Below are positions 38,577-49,321 of a DNA stretch of 64,000 nt, piece by piece (the first letter of the stretch is position 1; each line of letters opens with the position of its first letter). The notes under the pieces were generated by a model. It was not told where the DNA came from. It was given only the letters and a program-made list of their open reading frames with translations, and did no database searches. The DNA is from an uncultured Candidatus Rokubacteria bacterium (lineage in GTDB: Bacteria > Methylomirabilota > Methylomirabilia > Rokubacteriales > DASRDR01). The stretch spans positions 1,173,186 to 1,237,185 of the forward strand of contig CAWGVS010000006.1 of the NCBI GenBank assembly GCA_963826115.1. Direction: 5' to 3'. The position numbers and the translations under genes were made by a program.

Positions 38577-39481
38577 ACCAGGAATTGGTGAGCGCGGTGA
38601 TCCCGACGTTCAACTATGGCCGCTATGTTACCGAAGCGGTCGATAGCGCACTGGCGCAGACGCACCGCAACCTGGAGATCATTGTGGTGGATGACGGCAG
38701 CACTGATGACACGCGGGAGCGACTAGCCGGGTATCGCGACCGCATCATTTATGTCTTTCAGAAGAATCAGGGACTATCGGCGGCCCGCAACACCGGCATC
38801 CGCCATGCCCGGGGTGAATGGATCGCCCTGCTTGACTCCGACGACGTCTGGCACCCACAGAAGACGGACATTCAGTTGCGGGCGGCCAAGCGTTTCACCG
38901 GCGTCGGCCTGATTGGTTCGCCGTCTGCCTCCATCATGTGGCCGGAGGTGGAGACGGAAGCGGCGGCCAGATTGCTGAGCCAACGGGACTTCCTCCTGTC
39001 GGGGCGGATAGGTCCCTCCGGGGCGCTGATTTACCGGAGCTGCTTCGACCGAGTGGGCTTGTTCGATACCGCCTTGCGCTCCTGCGAAGATCGGGACATG
39101 TGGTTGCGGCTCAGCGTCGAATACCCCGCCATGCTGGTGCTCAGTCCCTGCTGGTGGTACCGCCGCCATTCGACACAGATGAGCCGGCGGGCCACCCCCA
39201 TGTATCTGAACCACCTCGCAGTGCTGGAGAAGTTCTTCCGGCGCCATGGTGAACTGTGCCACCTGCAAAGTCTCGGCGAAGCCTACATGTACCTGGATGC
39301 CTCCTGGTGCTACTTTGAGGAAGGGGACCGCCGGCGGGCCATCGCCTATCTGCTGCGATCATTCGCCCGCCGGCCACTTGGCATCCATGATGAGCTAAGC
39401 AAGCCGTTTCATCGTTGCAAGGCCCTGACGCGTTTCGTCTTGGGCGACCGCGTGTTTCAAGGAATTAATCGGTTCCGCTAG
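38573..39481 (+). CDS. GT2 glycosyltransferase
   Basis: SAVIPTFN, VVDDGSTD, NQGLSAARN, LDSDD and EDRDMW. Confidence 0.92.
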   Translation: MNQELVSAVIPTFNYGRYVTEAVDSALAQTHRNLEIIVVDDGSTDDTRERLAGYRDRIIYVFQKNQGLSAARNTGIRHARGEWIALLDSDDVWHPQKTDIQLRAAKRFTGVGLIGSPSASIMWPEVETEAAARLLSQRDFLLSGRIGPSGALIYRSCFDRVGLFDTALRSCEDRDMWLRLSVEYPAMLVLSPCWWYRRHSTQMSRRATPMYLNHLAVLEKFFRRHGELCHLQSLGEAYMYLDASWCYFEEGDRRRAIAYLLRSFARRPLGIHDELSKPFHRCKALTRFVLGDRVFQGINRFR

Positions 39482-39728
39482 GATCGGCGGCATTCAGTGC
39501 AGGCGTCAAGGGTGCTCCGGCCGACGATGAAAAGATGGTTGGTTCGGCAAGGCCATTCTGGCCCGCGACGATTGCTGATTCATTGTGCGGGTGGCGCGTT
39601 GTCGGAAGAGCAAGCATGACCCAATGCGGTGCCCACAATGGCCTGGCCACGTCGGTCCAGGTGCGTGACCACCCGGTGGGAGTCAGGCTCCGCGCTCGTC
39701 CGTGGCCTGGTGGTATTCGAGACCTGAG

Positions 39729-40532
39729 ATGATTCTGAAACGCACGGTGAGCGCCGCCGTCCGTGCCTACACCCTTTACGCACCCACGCAGCGCGGCGCG
39801 ACATTCCTTCGCCGCAAGACGTCCCGGTGGCTCGTCGCGCGCCTCGACACGGGCGTGTGGATCCGCGTGAGCGGTGTCTCGGACTTCGAGTGGCACGCCT
39901 TCAGGGGCCGACCTAGCCCAGAAGCGCTCACGATGCGAGTGTTCGTCGAACTCCTGAGGGAAGGCGACACTGTTCTCGACATCGGTGCGAATGTCGGCTA
40001 CTACAGTCTCACGGCTGCGGCACGCGTCGGTCGGACCGGGAGGGTGATCGCGGTCGAGGCGGACCCTCGCGCCGCGAGGCGCCTCCGCGAGAACGTCGCC
40101 CTGAACAAGTTGGAGAACGTGACGGTCATCGAAGCCGCTGCGTCCCGCGAAGCTGGCATGATGGCGTTCCACCTCGGCGCTGACAGTGAGGGGAGCAGCC
40201 TCGCCGATCTCCACGATGGCGGCGAGGTGGTCAATGTGCCCGTCACGACGATCGACGCCATTGTCGCCGGCGCGGACCTCCAACAGGTGAACATCCTCAA
40301 GATGGACGTCGAGGGCGCCGAAATCGACGCGCTCGCCGGCGCGTCCCGTGTTCTCTCGGCGGCGCAGCCGCCGCGCTTGGTGCTCGAGGCGAACCCGGTC
40401 ACGCTTCGCGCGGCTGGTCGGTCCGTCCAAGACCTGCGGCGCTGCGTGGAGTCGTTCGGCTACCGCGTCTCCACGATCGAGACACTCCGCTGGCAGGGCG
40501 AGGCGGTCGAGAACTGGCTGGCGGCCCGCTGA
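39729..40532 (+). CDS. FkbM family methyltransferase
   Basis: LDIGANVGYYS and LKMDVEGAE. Confidence 0.9.
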   Translation: MILKRTVSAAVRAYTLYAPTQRGATFLRRKTSRWLVARLDTGVWIRVSGVSDFEWHAFRGRPSPEALTMRVFVELLREGDTVLDIGANVGYYSLTAAARVGRTGRVIAVEADPRAARRLRENVALNKLENVTVIEAAASREAGMMAFHLGADSEGSSLADLHDGGEVVNVPVTTIDAIVAGADLQQVNILKMDVEGAEIDALAGASRVLSAAQPPRLVLEANPVTLRAAGRSVQDLRRCVESFGYRVSTIETLRWQGEAVENWLAAR

Positions 40533-40569
40533 GCCGTGGCCTCCAATATCGGCCCTGAATTCAGATGGC

Positions 40570-41247
40570 CTAGCCAGAATCCTTGACGAGCCGAGTCCGG
40601 TAACCGTAGTAGGCGGCGACTGATCTGAGGTTTAGCAACGAGGACAACTGCTCGAGGGTGCCGGCACACCAGTCTCGGGTATTCTTCCAGCCATCGAACG
40701 GCGGGTCGTAGAAGAACGTGGAGTCGACGATCTCGAACCCGGCGCGAGCGATGATGCTCTTCATCTCGGACATCGACGGGATCCAAATCGGGGAAGGGGA
40801 CTGACCTCGGCGGAAGAGGCGACGTAGAGTGTCTCGGAATACGGGCCGGTTCTGGCAGAAGAAGACCAGTGTGCCGTCCGGCTTGAGCAGCCGCTGTATC
40901 TCGGCTAGATAATGCGCGGGATCGGGAACGAAGTGAATGACGACCACGGACAGAACCACGTCGAAGGAGTGATCGGCGAAAGGAGCGCCGGACTGGTCAC
41001 ATTGCACGAAGACGATAGGAGCGTACTCCTGAGAGGCGAAGGCGACTCGCCGAGGGTCCACGTCGCAGCCGACCACCGGGTTCGTTCGCGATATGGCGTA
41101 GGCAAGGTCGCCGTAACCGCATCCGTAGTCAAGGACCCGGCCTCCGATGCCCTTCATCAAATGCAAGACCGCCGCGTGCCGGCGGCGCTGGTGCCAGGTA
41201 GGCCTCGCGCTTTTGCGATAGTTGGAGGGCACGCCATCGAAGCTCAT
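40570..41247 (-). CDS. Class I SAM-dependent methyltransferase
   Basis: VLDYGCGYG, PFADHSFD and RLLKPDG. Confidence 0.88.
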   Translation of the reverse strand: MSFDGVPSNYRKSARPTWHQRRRHAAVLHLMKGIGGRVLDYGCGYGDLAYAISRTNPVVGCDVDPRRVAFASQEYAPIVFVQCDQSGAPFADHSFDVVLSVVVIHFVPDPAHYLAEIQRLLKPDGTLVFFCQNRPVFRDTLRRLFRRGQSPSPIWIPSMSEMKSIIARAGFEIVDSTFFYDPPFDGWKNTRDWCAGTLEQLSSLLNLRSVAAYYGYRTRLVKDSG

Positions 41248-41507
41248 GGACCTAACCGGCGCGCTTAAGGGAAAGCAGAGTGTTAGGAGTGCGGGTCCGT
41301 GGGCCGGATGACTGGCACTGGATCGCGTGAATCACCGACGCGCGGCAATCGTAGCGCCCCCGTCGCCGAATCATCAAGAGGTGGCCGCCGGAGGGATTAC
41401 GGGGCGTGGGTCAAGTCGCGCTTCACGTGGGGAGTCAGGCCGGAGCTCAGGTCGCAACGGTAGCGACTCGACGCGAAGCCGCTCTCGCCCTCGAGACGGT
41501 TCGGCGG

Positions 41508-42179
41508 TCACGGATCCGGCACGCCGGGCGGAAGAAAGAGGAGATTCGGCGACCGTTCCCGTCTCGGCCACATTCGATATCCTAAAGGCGCCAGCTCGGG
41601 CAGCAGGGATTCGTCCCCTTCGATCAGCATCACGGGCCGATCGCGCCGGATTAGGGCGTGCATCCCGCGCAGCACGGCATGCTCCGCGACTTCGGTGTCA
41701 ATCTTCACGAACGCAACCCGGATCGGGAGTGCCAGCGCATCGACGGTGGCGGCGAGCACAGAGGTCGTGCCCGCCTCGGACGCCCGCGCCGTGAAGTAGT
41801 CGGGCAAGCCCTGCTCGTTTTTGTCGATCACGAACCTGAGCAGCCGTGGTGTGTGTGAAGCCGCGAGATTGAGCACGGTGATGTTGCCGTGCCGGGAGGC
41901 TCGGGCGAAGAACGTCAGGAGTTCCGACGTGGCGGGAACGGGCTCGAACGCGATTACACGGCCTTCTGGGCCGACGAGTTCTGCCAGGCGCACACTGTAG
42001 TATCCGACATTCGCACCGATGTCCAGGACCCAGTCACCCCGATGTACCCATCGGGCCAGTAGCTCGAACTCTGGCTCCGAAGGGGCGAAGCGCCCTCTCT
42101 TCATGTCGAGCCAGATCTTCCAGCGACGGACTTCGTGCTGGATCATCGGCGGCAGGTGACTGGCGAGCCGCTTCAGCAT
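41508..42179 (-). CDS. FkbM family methyltransferase
   Basis: LDIGANVGYYS, AFEP and VKIDTE. Confidence 0.88.
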   Translation of the reverse strand: MLKRLASHLPPMIQHEVRRWKIWLDMKRGRFAPSEPEFELLARWVHRGDWVLDIGANVGYYSVRLAELVGPEGRVIAFEPVPATSELLTFFARASRHGNITVLNLAASHTPRLLRFVIDKNEQGLPDYFTARASEAGTTSVLAATVDALALPIRVAFVKIDTEVAEHAVLRGMHALIRRDRPVMLIEGDESLLPELAPLGYRMWPRRERSPNLLFLPPGVPDP

Positions 42180-42207
42180 GTGGTGATGCCGCGTGCGCGG
42201 AGCCGCA

Positions 42208-43602
42208 TTAGGCCGTGAAGGCCCGCGCTGGGGTGGACGCTAGGTACTCGTTGATCACGAACCGAGCCTTGCCGGCGGGCGTCTTGGGCAGGGCGCTGTG
42301 GTACTCGATCGCGACGTCGGCGCCGTTGCCCAGGTGCTTGCCGAAGATGGCGCGCAGAGTGGGCTCCTCGCGGGCCGGATCGTACGCGGGTGTCGGGACG
42401 ATCCTTATGACGGCCTGCCCCGGACGATGCTGGATGATCTGGTACTCGACGACGCCCGGCATGTGACGGAAGGAGTGGGTGCCGATGACTCCGGAGATGG
42501 CGTCCCCCGCCGTGGTGAGGAGGACATCGTTGACGCGCCCGTCGAGCCGTGTGATGCGTCCCAAGGTTCGGCCGCACCCGCAGCCGGGGCCGGCGAGGAG
42601 GCCGGCATCGCCGTTCCGATAGCGGATGAGCGGCATGGCGTGGTTGTCGAGGTCCGTGATCAGGAACGGCCCCTCTCCCTCGAGCGCGGCGCGCCCGTCT
42701 CCCTGTTCGACCTCGATGATCGCGTGCTCGTCGCAGGTGTGATAGACGTCGGGCCGGTCGGGGCAGGTGTAGGCGAGCGACTGGACCTCGCCGCAGCCGT
42801 AGTACGGAAGCACCTTGGCGTTGAAGACGCGCGCGATGCGCTCGCGCCAGTGGTCGGGCAGCAGCTCGGCGGTCGGGAAGACCGCATCCAGGCGCAGCGC
42901 GATGCCGGCGTTCTCTGCCAGGGACGCCAGCTGATGGCACGCCGAGCAGTAACCGACGAGGAAGCGCGCGCCGGACTCTCGGATGGCGGACACGTACGTC
43001 GCCACGTTGGCGGCGCCGAGCTCGAATGCGGGCAGGAAGACCTTGCCGGCGAACCAGTTCTTGACCGGGTCGAGCGGCCGCGTCCGCTGCCGGCCCAGGG
43101 AGCCTCCGAAGAGCTGCGCCCATGGCGTTCCGAGCCGGAGGCCTCCCCAGCCGAGCCCTCGCCAGTAGCTCGCCCGCATCCAGGTCGTTCCGGCGTAGTC
43201 GCGCACGACCCGCATCGGCGCTCCGGTGGTGCCGCCGGTGATCCCGGTCTCGACCCGGTCGTCGGGAATGTCCCGAGCGCGCAGGACGGCGCCGTGCTGC
43301 CGCAGGGTCTCCTTCGTCATGACCGGCAGCTTGCCGAGGTCCTCGGTCCCTCGGATGTCGCCCGGGCGCACGCCGAGGTCGTCCATCATGCGTCGGTAGT
43401 GTGGGCTGAGGTCGTGCATGTGCGCGACCAGGGCGCGGAGCTTCTCGTTCCGGAGATCGTCCAGGCGGCCGCGCGACCAGCACTGGCTCTCCTCCAGGAG
43501 CGCCAGCGTTCCGTGGAGGTCGAAGGGCGCGACGCGAGAGCGGACCTGCCAGTGCAGGCGGTACAGGTTCTCTCGCGCCTCTCGAATGAGCTGGGCTGGC
43601 AC
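42208..43602 (-). CDS. Phenylacetate-CoA ligase/CapK-like adenylating enzyme
   Basis: TGGTTGAP P-loop, YGCGE, TDLDNHAMPLIRYRNGD, GRVND and AGKARF. Confidence 0.88.
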   Translation of the reverse strand: MPAQLIREARENLYRLHWQVRSRVAPFDLHGTLALLEESQCWSRGRLDDLRNEKLRALVAHMHDLSPHYRRMMDDLGVRPGDIRGTEDLGKLPVMTKETLRQHGAVLRARDIPDDRVETGITGGTTGAPMRVVRDYAGTTWMRASYWRGLGWGGLRLGTPWAQLFGGSLGRQRTRPLDPVKNWFAGKVFLPAFELGAANVATYVSAIRESGARFLVGYCSACHQLASLAENAGIALRLDAVFPTAELLPDHWRERIARVFNAKVLPYYGCGEVQSLAYTCPDRPDVYHTCDEHAIIEVEQGDGRAALEGEGPFLITDLDNHAMPLIRYRNGDAGLLAGPGCGCGRTLGRITRLDGRVNDVLLTTAGDAISGVIGTHSFRHMPGVVEYQIIQHRPGQAVIRIVPTPAYDPAREEPTLRAIFGKHLGNGADVAIEYHSALPKTPAGKARFVINEYLASTPARAFTA

Positions 43603-43640
43603 CGAGTTCTCCGGAGCGGTGGCGTTCGTCGCTGGAGTGG

Positions 43641-44828
43641 CTAGGTCGCTAGGCGGCCACGGCGCTTCGCGGCGGCGTCCTGGAACGCCTGTTCGAGCTT
43701 CTCGTAGATCTGTCGCCAGTCGTACCGATCGAGCACGAGCTGACGCCCGCGCTCGCCGAGTCGCTGGCGCAAGCCGGGGTCGCCGAGCAGCGCGCGCGTG
43801 GCGTCGACGAAGGCCTCGTCGGTGTCGGCGAGCATCGCCGTCTCGCCGTGGGTGAGGGCGATGCCCTCGGCCGCCACGGGCGTGCAGACGACCGGCTTCT
43901 TCATCGCCAGCGCCTGGAACACCCGGTGCTTGGTGCCGGCGCCGACGCGCAGCGGCATCACGACGACCGTGGCTTTCGCGACCCAGTCCCGCATGTCCGG
44001 CACCGATCCGGTCACGGTCACGCGGTCGCTTGCGAGGCGCCGGACCGATTCGGGAGGATTCTGCCCGGCGATGACGAATCTGGCGTTCGGGATGCTCGGG
44101 AGGAGCTTGTCGTGAAAGTGAATCGCGGCGTCGGCTTGCGGCGGCCAGCCGAGATTACCGAAGTACAGGATGGTGTTCGGCTCGCCGGCGTGCTCGCGTG
44201 GCGTCCAGTATTCGACGTCGGCGCCGTTGGGCACGGTGGCGACGTCGGCGTCGGGGCAGATGCGGAGGTACTCCGCCCGGTCCTCGTCGGAGAGGGTGAC
44301 GCACTTGTCGCTGGCCCGGGCGACGCGCTGCTGAAGTCCGATCAGGCTCCGCGCCTGGCTGCGGGCGAAAGCGCGCCGGAGCGGGTTGTCGAGCGTCGCG
44401 GCCAGGCGCTGCCAAAGGACGTGCTCGAGATTGTGGGCGTCGTGGACGAACGCGGCGCGGCGCTGGCGGCCGACGTACTGGCTCATGTGGAGGAAGTGCG
44501 AGTGAACCACGTCGACGTCTTCGCGCTCCAGGGCGGCCGCCATCTCGAGCCGCCAGTACTCGGCGACGATGAACGGCTGCGAGGTCACGAGGCTCTTGCC
44601 GGCGTTGAGCAGCGCGCGCCATCTGGGCCGGACGAGGTCGATGCCGGTGATGCGCTTGCAATACGGCCGGAGCGCCTCCAGGTGCTCGCGGTCTGTCGGC
44701 TTCGAGAGAAAGCAGAGGAGCGAGACCTCGTGGCGCGCCGCAGTCTCCTTCAGGAGATTGAAGTCGCGGATGGCGGCGCCATCCGTGAGCGGCCACGGGC
44801 ATTTCGAGACGAGGACGAGGATTCTCAC
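43641..44828 (-). CDS. GT4 glycosyltransferase
   Basis: PWPLTDG, DAHNLE, VPNGAD and PLRVGAGTKHRVFQALAM. Confidence 0.88.
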   Translation of the reverse strand: MRILVLVSKCPWPLTDGAAIRDFNLLKETAARHEVSLLCFLSKPTDREHLEALRPYCKRITGIDLVRPRWRALLNAGKSLVTSQPFIVAEYWRLEMAAALEREDVDVVHSHFLHMSQYVGRQRRAAFVHDAHNLEHVLWQRLAATLDNPLRRAFARSQARSLIGLQQRVARASDKCVTLSDEDRAEYLRICPDADVATVPNGADVEYWTPREHAGEPNTILYFGNLGWPPQADAAIHFHDKLLPSIPNARFVIAGQNPPESVRRLASDRVTVTGSVPDMRDWVAKATVVVMPLRVGAGTKHRVFQALAMKKPVVCTPVAAEGIALTHGETAMLADTDEAFVDATRALLGDPGLRQRLGERGRQLVLDRYDWRQIYEKLEQAFQDAAAKRRGRLAT

Positions 44829-46099
44829 CAGTACAGTCCGTGGTAGTTGGGGAGGTTGGCGTCCTTGAGCGCCGCGACGAGGTCGACGACCGTGTGGTCA
44901 AGGCGCGGGAGCCGACGGTACTCGGGAGCGTTCTTGCAGACCACGAGCACGTCGCTGCGCGCGATCACCTCGTCCAGGGAGGACGCCAGCAGCGAGCTGA
45001 TATGCGGCAGCTTGTCCTCGAGGAACATCTTGTTCGCGCCGACGAGCCGTGTGAGCTCGACCTCGGAGTCGTGGATGCGAAGGGTGAAGCCCTTCCCGAG
45101 CAGCGTCTCCGCCATCATGACGACCGGGCTCTCGCGCAGGTCGTCGGTCCCGGCCTTGAAGCTCAGGCCGAGGATGCCGATGTCGCGATGGCCGAGCTCC
45201 ATGATGAGCTCGACCGTGCGCTGAATCTGGAGGAGGTTGCTGCGCCCGATGGCCTCGACCATCGGCAGCTCGACGTCGCGCTCGCGGGCGCGGGTGGCGA
45301 GCGCGCGGAGATCCTTCGGGAGGCAGGATCCCCCGAAGGCCATGCCGGGCGTCAGGTACGTGCGCGAGATGTTGAGCTTGTCGTCCTGGCAGAGGACGTC
45401 CATGACCTCGTGACTGTCGATGCCGTGAGCCTTGCAGAACTGACCCATCTCGTTCGCGAAGGTGACCTTCAGCGCGTGGAAGGCGTTGCACGCGAACTTG
45501 ATCGCCTCGGCGGCCCCGAGGGACACGCGGACCTGCGGCGCATCCACGGAGCGGTACAGCTCGGCGAGGATGTCGCCGTCTCCGGGAGCCGATTCGCCGA
45601 TGACGACGAACGGCGGCTCGCGGAAGTCGCGCAGCGCCGAGCCTTCGCGCATGAACTCCGGGTTCGCCACGACGCGCGCTCCGGGGATGCGGGGGGCGAC
45701 GATGCGCTCGATGGAGCCGGGAAGCATGGTGCTGCGGACGACGACGGTGTGGGGGGTCGACTTCGTCGCGAGGGCGCGGCCGATCTCGTCACACACTCGC
45801 TCGACGTGAGAGAGATCGGCGTGGCCATTGCGCTTGCTGGGCGTGCCGACGCAGATGAAGGAGAGGTCCGAGCTCCGCACGGCCTCGACCGCGCAGTCGG
45901 TCGCGGTGAACGCGCCGGATGCGTGGACGGTGGAGAGCAGCGGTGCCAGGCCCGGCTCGAAGAGCGGACACTGGCCCGCCCGGAACGACGCGAGCTTCTC
46001 GGCGTTCACCTCGACGCCGATGACCCGGTGACCGAGGTCGGCCAGGCACGCGGCCGTCACGGAGCCGACGTAGCCGAGGCCGAAGACGCTGACGTTCAT
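44825..46099 (-). CDS. UDP-glucose/GDP-mannose 6-dehydrogenase (AlgD-like)
   Basis: VFGLGYVG, CVGTPS, NPEFMREG, FGGSCLPKD and FKAGTDDLRESP. Confidence 0.92.
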   Translation of the reverse strand: MNVSVFGLGYVGSVTAACLADLGHRVIGVEVNAEKLASFRAGQCPLFEPGLAPLLSTVHASGAFTATDCAVEAVRSSDLSFICVGTPSKRNGHADLSHVERVCDEIGRALATKSTPHTVVVRSTMLPGSIERIVAPRIPGARVVANPEFMREGSALRDFREPPFVVIGESAPGDGDILAELYRSVDAPQVRVSLGAAEAIKFACNAFHALKVTFANEMGQFCKAHGIDSHEVMDVLCQDDKLNISRTYLTPGMAFGGSCLPKDLRALATRARERDVELPMVEAIGRSNLLQIQRTVELIMELGHRDIGILGLSFKAGTDDLRESPVVMMAETLLGKGFTLRIHDSEVELTRLVGANKMFLEDKLPHISSLLASSLDEVIARSDVLVVCKNAPEYRRLPRLDHTVVDLVAALKDANLPNYHGLYW

Positions 46100-47136
46100 G
46101 TATGGCACCCCGCCAGGACCGAATGGACGGTGCTTGCGTTGAGATCCCAGTCGAAGCGCTTCACGGAGGCACGGAGGGCGGTCTTGTCCCAGGGCCTGTT
46201 CAGGGCGTGCTCGAGCGCCCGGCGGAGGGCCTGCGGGTCGTTCGGCGGGACGAGGAGGCCGTTGACGCCGTCGTGGACGATCTCCGGCACGCCGCCGACG
46301 CGCGAGGCGACGACGGGGATGCCGCACGCCAGCGCCTCGAGGGCGACGTTGGGCAGCCCTTCGTGCAGGCTCGGGAGGCAGAGGACGTCGCTGGCGTTCA
46401 TCCAGAGCGGAATCTCGCGATGCGGCCGCGCCCCGACGCGGCGGCCGGCGCCGGTGCGCTCGGTGCCGGTGCCGACGAAGACGGTCTCGGCATCTCCGGG
46501 CGCCGCGGCCGCGAGAACTTCCGGACCCTTGACAGGTAGGAGATTCCCGACGAAGAGGATGCGCCGGCGCGAGGGGTCGAGGCCGAGGCTGTGGCAGGAC
46601 GCCGCGCGCCCGAGCGGGCGGAACGTGTCCTGGTCGATGCCGTTGTAGACGGTCGTGGCATCGATGCCGTTGCTGGCCAGCGTCGTGCGCAGGGCCTCGC
46701 TCCGGCAGAGGACGGCGCGGCTCGCCCGGAGCGCACGAAGGACCTGGCGCCGGCGCGCCGGATTCGCGAAGAGCACGTTCACGTCGCTGCCCTGGACGGT
46801 GGTGACGAAGGGGAAGTGGTAGGCCTGGGCCACGAGCATGACGCCGTACGCGTCGGGATAGGCCCAGTTGACGAGGACGACATCGAAGCGCTCGCGCCGG
46901 ATGATCGGCTCGATGGCGCGCGCGAAGAGCCAGCCGTTCCACTGCCGGGAGAGCAGCGGGACGTGCCGGAAGCGGGGGTGGAAGACCGTCGGCTCGTCGG
47001 GCACGACCTTGTGCGTGGGGGCGATGACCCGGACGGTGCAGAGCTGCGCCAGCGCGGCCACCTGCTGGGCATTGTGGATGCCGCGCGTCGGCTCGAGCCG
47101 ATTCGGGTAGAGGTTCGACACGAAGAGAACGTTCAT
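46096..47136 (-). CDS. GT4 glycosyltransferase
   Basis: WAYPDAYG, QGSDVN, VGNLLPVKG and SLHEGLPNVALEALACG. Confidence 0.9.
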   Translation of the reverse strand: MNVLFVSNLYPNRLEPTRGIHNAQQVAALAQLCTVRVIAPTHKVVPDEPTVFHPRFRHVPLLSRQWNGWLFARAIEPIIRRERFDVVLVNWAYPDAYGVMLVAQAYHFPFVTTVQGSDVNVLFANPARRRQVLRALRASRAVLCRSEALRTTLASNGIDATTVYNGIDQDTFRPLGRAASCHSLGLDPSRRRILFVGNLLPVKGPEVLAAAAPGDAETVFVGTGTERTGAGRRVGARPHREIPLWMNASDVLCLPSLHEGLPNVALEALACGIPVVASRVGGVPEIVHDGVNGLLVPPNDPQALRRALEHALNRPWDKTALRASVKRFDWDLNASTVHSVLAGCHT

Positions 47137-49274
47137 GTGCCTTGCCGGTACTGGGGTGAGGCCTCGCCGCTTCCGATTGGGCTCGCCGGCACGCGCGGGG
47201 CCGTCGCTGGGCGGGGCCCGGGAAAGGTGCGGCGTAGCCCTTCGCGCACGCCGACCGCGGGTTGCCAGCCCAGCAGGTCCCGCGCGGCGCTCAGATCGAA
47301 CGTGTCGAGCGGGCGCAAGGATCGGACGCGATAGGGGGTCAACGGGACTCCCGCGCAGGAGTGCGGTGCCGGCGGACAGCGCCAGGAATAGCGCGCGCGG
47401 AATGCGAACGATAGGCTTGCGACCGGCGGGACGCCGCCGGACGGCGGCCAGGTACTCGCCGAGGGTGACCGTGGCCGGATCGACCAGGTTGAAGATCGAT
47501 CCGTCGATGCCCGGCGTCTCGGCCGCCAGCAGGAGACCGTCGACGACGTCGTCGACGTAGACGAGCGGGATCACCGGGTCGTTCAGCCCGACGCGCACCC
47601 AGCAGCCAAAGAGGTCCACGACGCCATTGGGCGCCGTGAGCTCGGCGCGGTGGCCCAGGATCTGCCCGGGGCGCAGCAGAACGGCACGCAGCCCGCGCTC
47701 CTTGACCGCAGCCAGGACCATCTGCTCCGCCTGGAGCTTCGTCTGGGTGTAGAGGCCCCGGCGCTCCGGGTACGGCTCGTAGGGGGAGTCCTCCCGGACT
47801 GGCTCGCGGCTCGAGTGTCCCGCGTGGTCGAGCACGCTGAGGGAGCTCACGTAGACCATGCGCTCCACGTCGTTCGCGAGGCAGGCGTCGATGACGTTGC
47901 GGGTGCCCCAGACCGTGCCAGCCTGGAAATCCAGCGCGGTGCCGCGCATCGTCGCCCCGACGTGGAACACCGTGCGAATGCCGCGCATCGAGTGGGCGAC
48001 CAGCTCCGGGATCGCCCAGGTCGCCGTACACGGCGTCGACACCGGGGAGTGCGGCCAGCCAGTCTGGCCGGCGGCGCGCGAGAATGCGGACTCGACGCCC
48101 GGCGGTGACCAGGCGACCGAGGAGGACGCGCCCCACCAGACCGGTGGCGCCGGTGACGAGGACGTCCGCGGGGGCCAGCGGCGACAGACGGCCGGCGAGG
48201 GCGCTGGCGCGCTCTGCGTCGGCGCGCTCGCACACTGCGGCCATGAGCGCGACCGGACGGCGACCTTCCTCCGCTCCGACGGTCGGCTCGCGTCCCGCGA
48301 GGAGCGCCCGGGCGAACTCCTCCGCGCCGCGCTGGATGCCGGGTGACGGCTTGAGCCTGCCCGTGGCGAAGCGGAGCACGTTCAAGGGCACTTCGAGGGC
48401 TTGCGCGGCGCCGTTCTTCACCGCGTTCACGCCCATGCCGACGAACTTCGGTCCGGGCAGACGGCGGCTGACCCGGCACGTCTGGAGAAAGGTGTCGACC
48501 TCGATGCTGCCGTCCGTGCCTTGAATGGTGATCCGGCTCTGCATGGGGCGGGCGTTCCACGAGAGATGGAGCCGCCCGACTCCGCGCTCGGCCGCCGCGT
48601 GGACGTGCCACTCGTCGAACTGGAGGTGGAGATGGCGCCCTGTCGACCGGTAGCGAATGTCGACCTCGCGGATGGGCCCGAGGAAGGCCTCCAGCAGGTA
48701 GAGACCGTGGACGCCGAGGTCCTGGAACGGGTAGGACCCCTTGCCGTACATGGTCGTGAACGGGCCGCCGCCGAAGGGGGGGTACTCCGAGGCGCGCACG
48801 ATGTCGACCGCAACGAGCTCCCCGCAGTCGCCGCGCCGGACTCGCTCGAGGGCTTCCAGCACGATCGGATCCAGTCGGGCCGAGTGGTTGACCGACAGGA
48901 CTCGCTTGGCGGCGCGCGCCGCCGCGATCATGCGGTCGCACTCCTCCACGGTCTCCGCCATGGGCTTCTCGACGAGGACGTGACATCCCATCGCGAGCGC
49001 CTGCAGCGCGAGCGCACAGTGGGTGGACGGCGGCGTGAGGACGTGCACCGCGTCGAGGTCCGTCCCCGCCAGCTCGGTCAGGTCGGTGCACACCCGAGGG
49101 ACCTCGAACTGCGCTGCCGCCGCGCGCGCGGCCTCGAGCGTCGATGTCGATGACCGCCGTGACCTTCACGCCCGGCACTCGGCGCAGTGCCGCGAGGTGG
49201 TGGCGGCTGACGTAGCCCGCGCCGATGACGGCGACATGCAGCTCGCCTTTCGCGGGTCGTCCGTTCGATGCCAT
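47133..49274 (-). CDS. Gfo/Idh/MocA oxidoreductase fused to an NAD-dependent epimerase/dehydratase (frameshifted)
   Basis: IGAGYVS and VEKPM are followed in one frame by VLVTGATGLVG; then YTQTK and LRPG. Confidence 0.8.
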
Positions 49275-49321
49275 CGGAGCTGGGGCGGGGGTGTCGACGG
49301 GGCTCGATCATGGGAGGCCTT

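Noticed and set aside
39558-39576. TGGCCC...TTGCT sigma54-like site before the FkbM gene
   Set aside because: The GG-GC spacing is 12 nt, not the required 10.
41251-41287. CCTAAC...GTTAGG inverted cores resembling attC ends
   Set aside because: Only 37 bp with no paired L boxes, so too short for an attC site.
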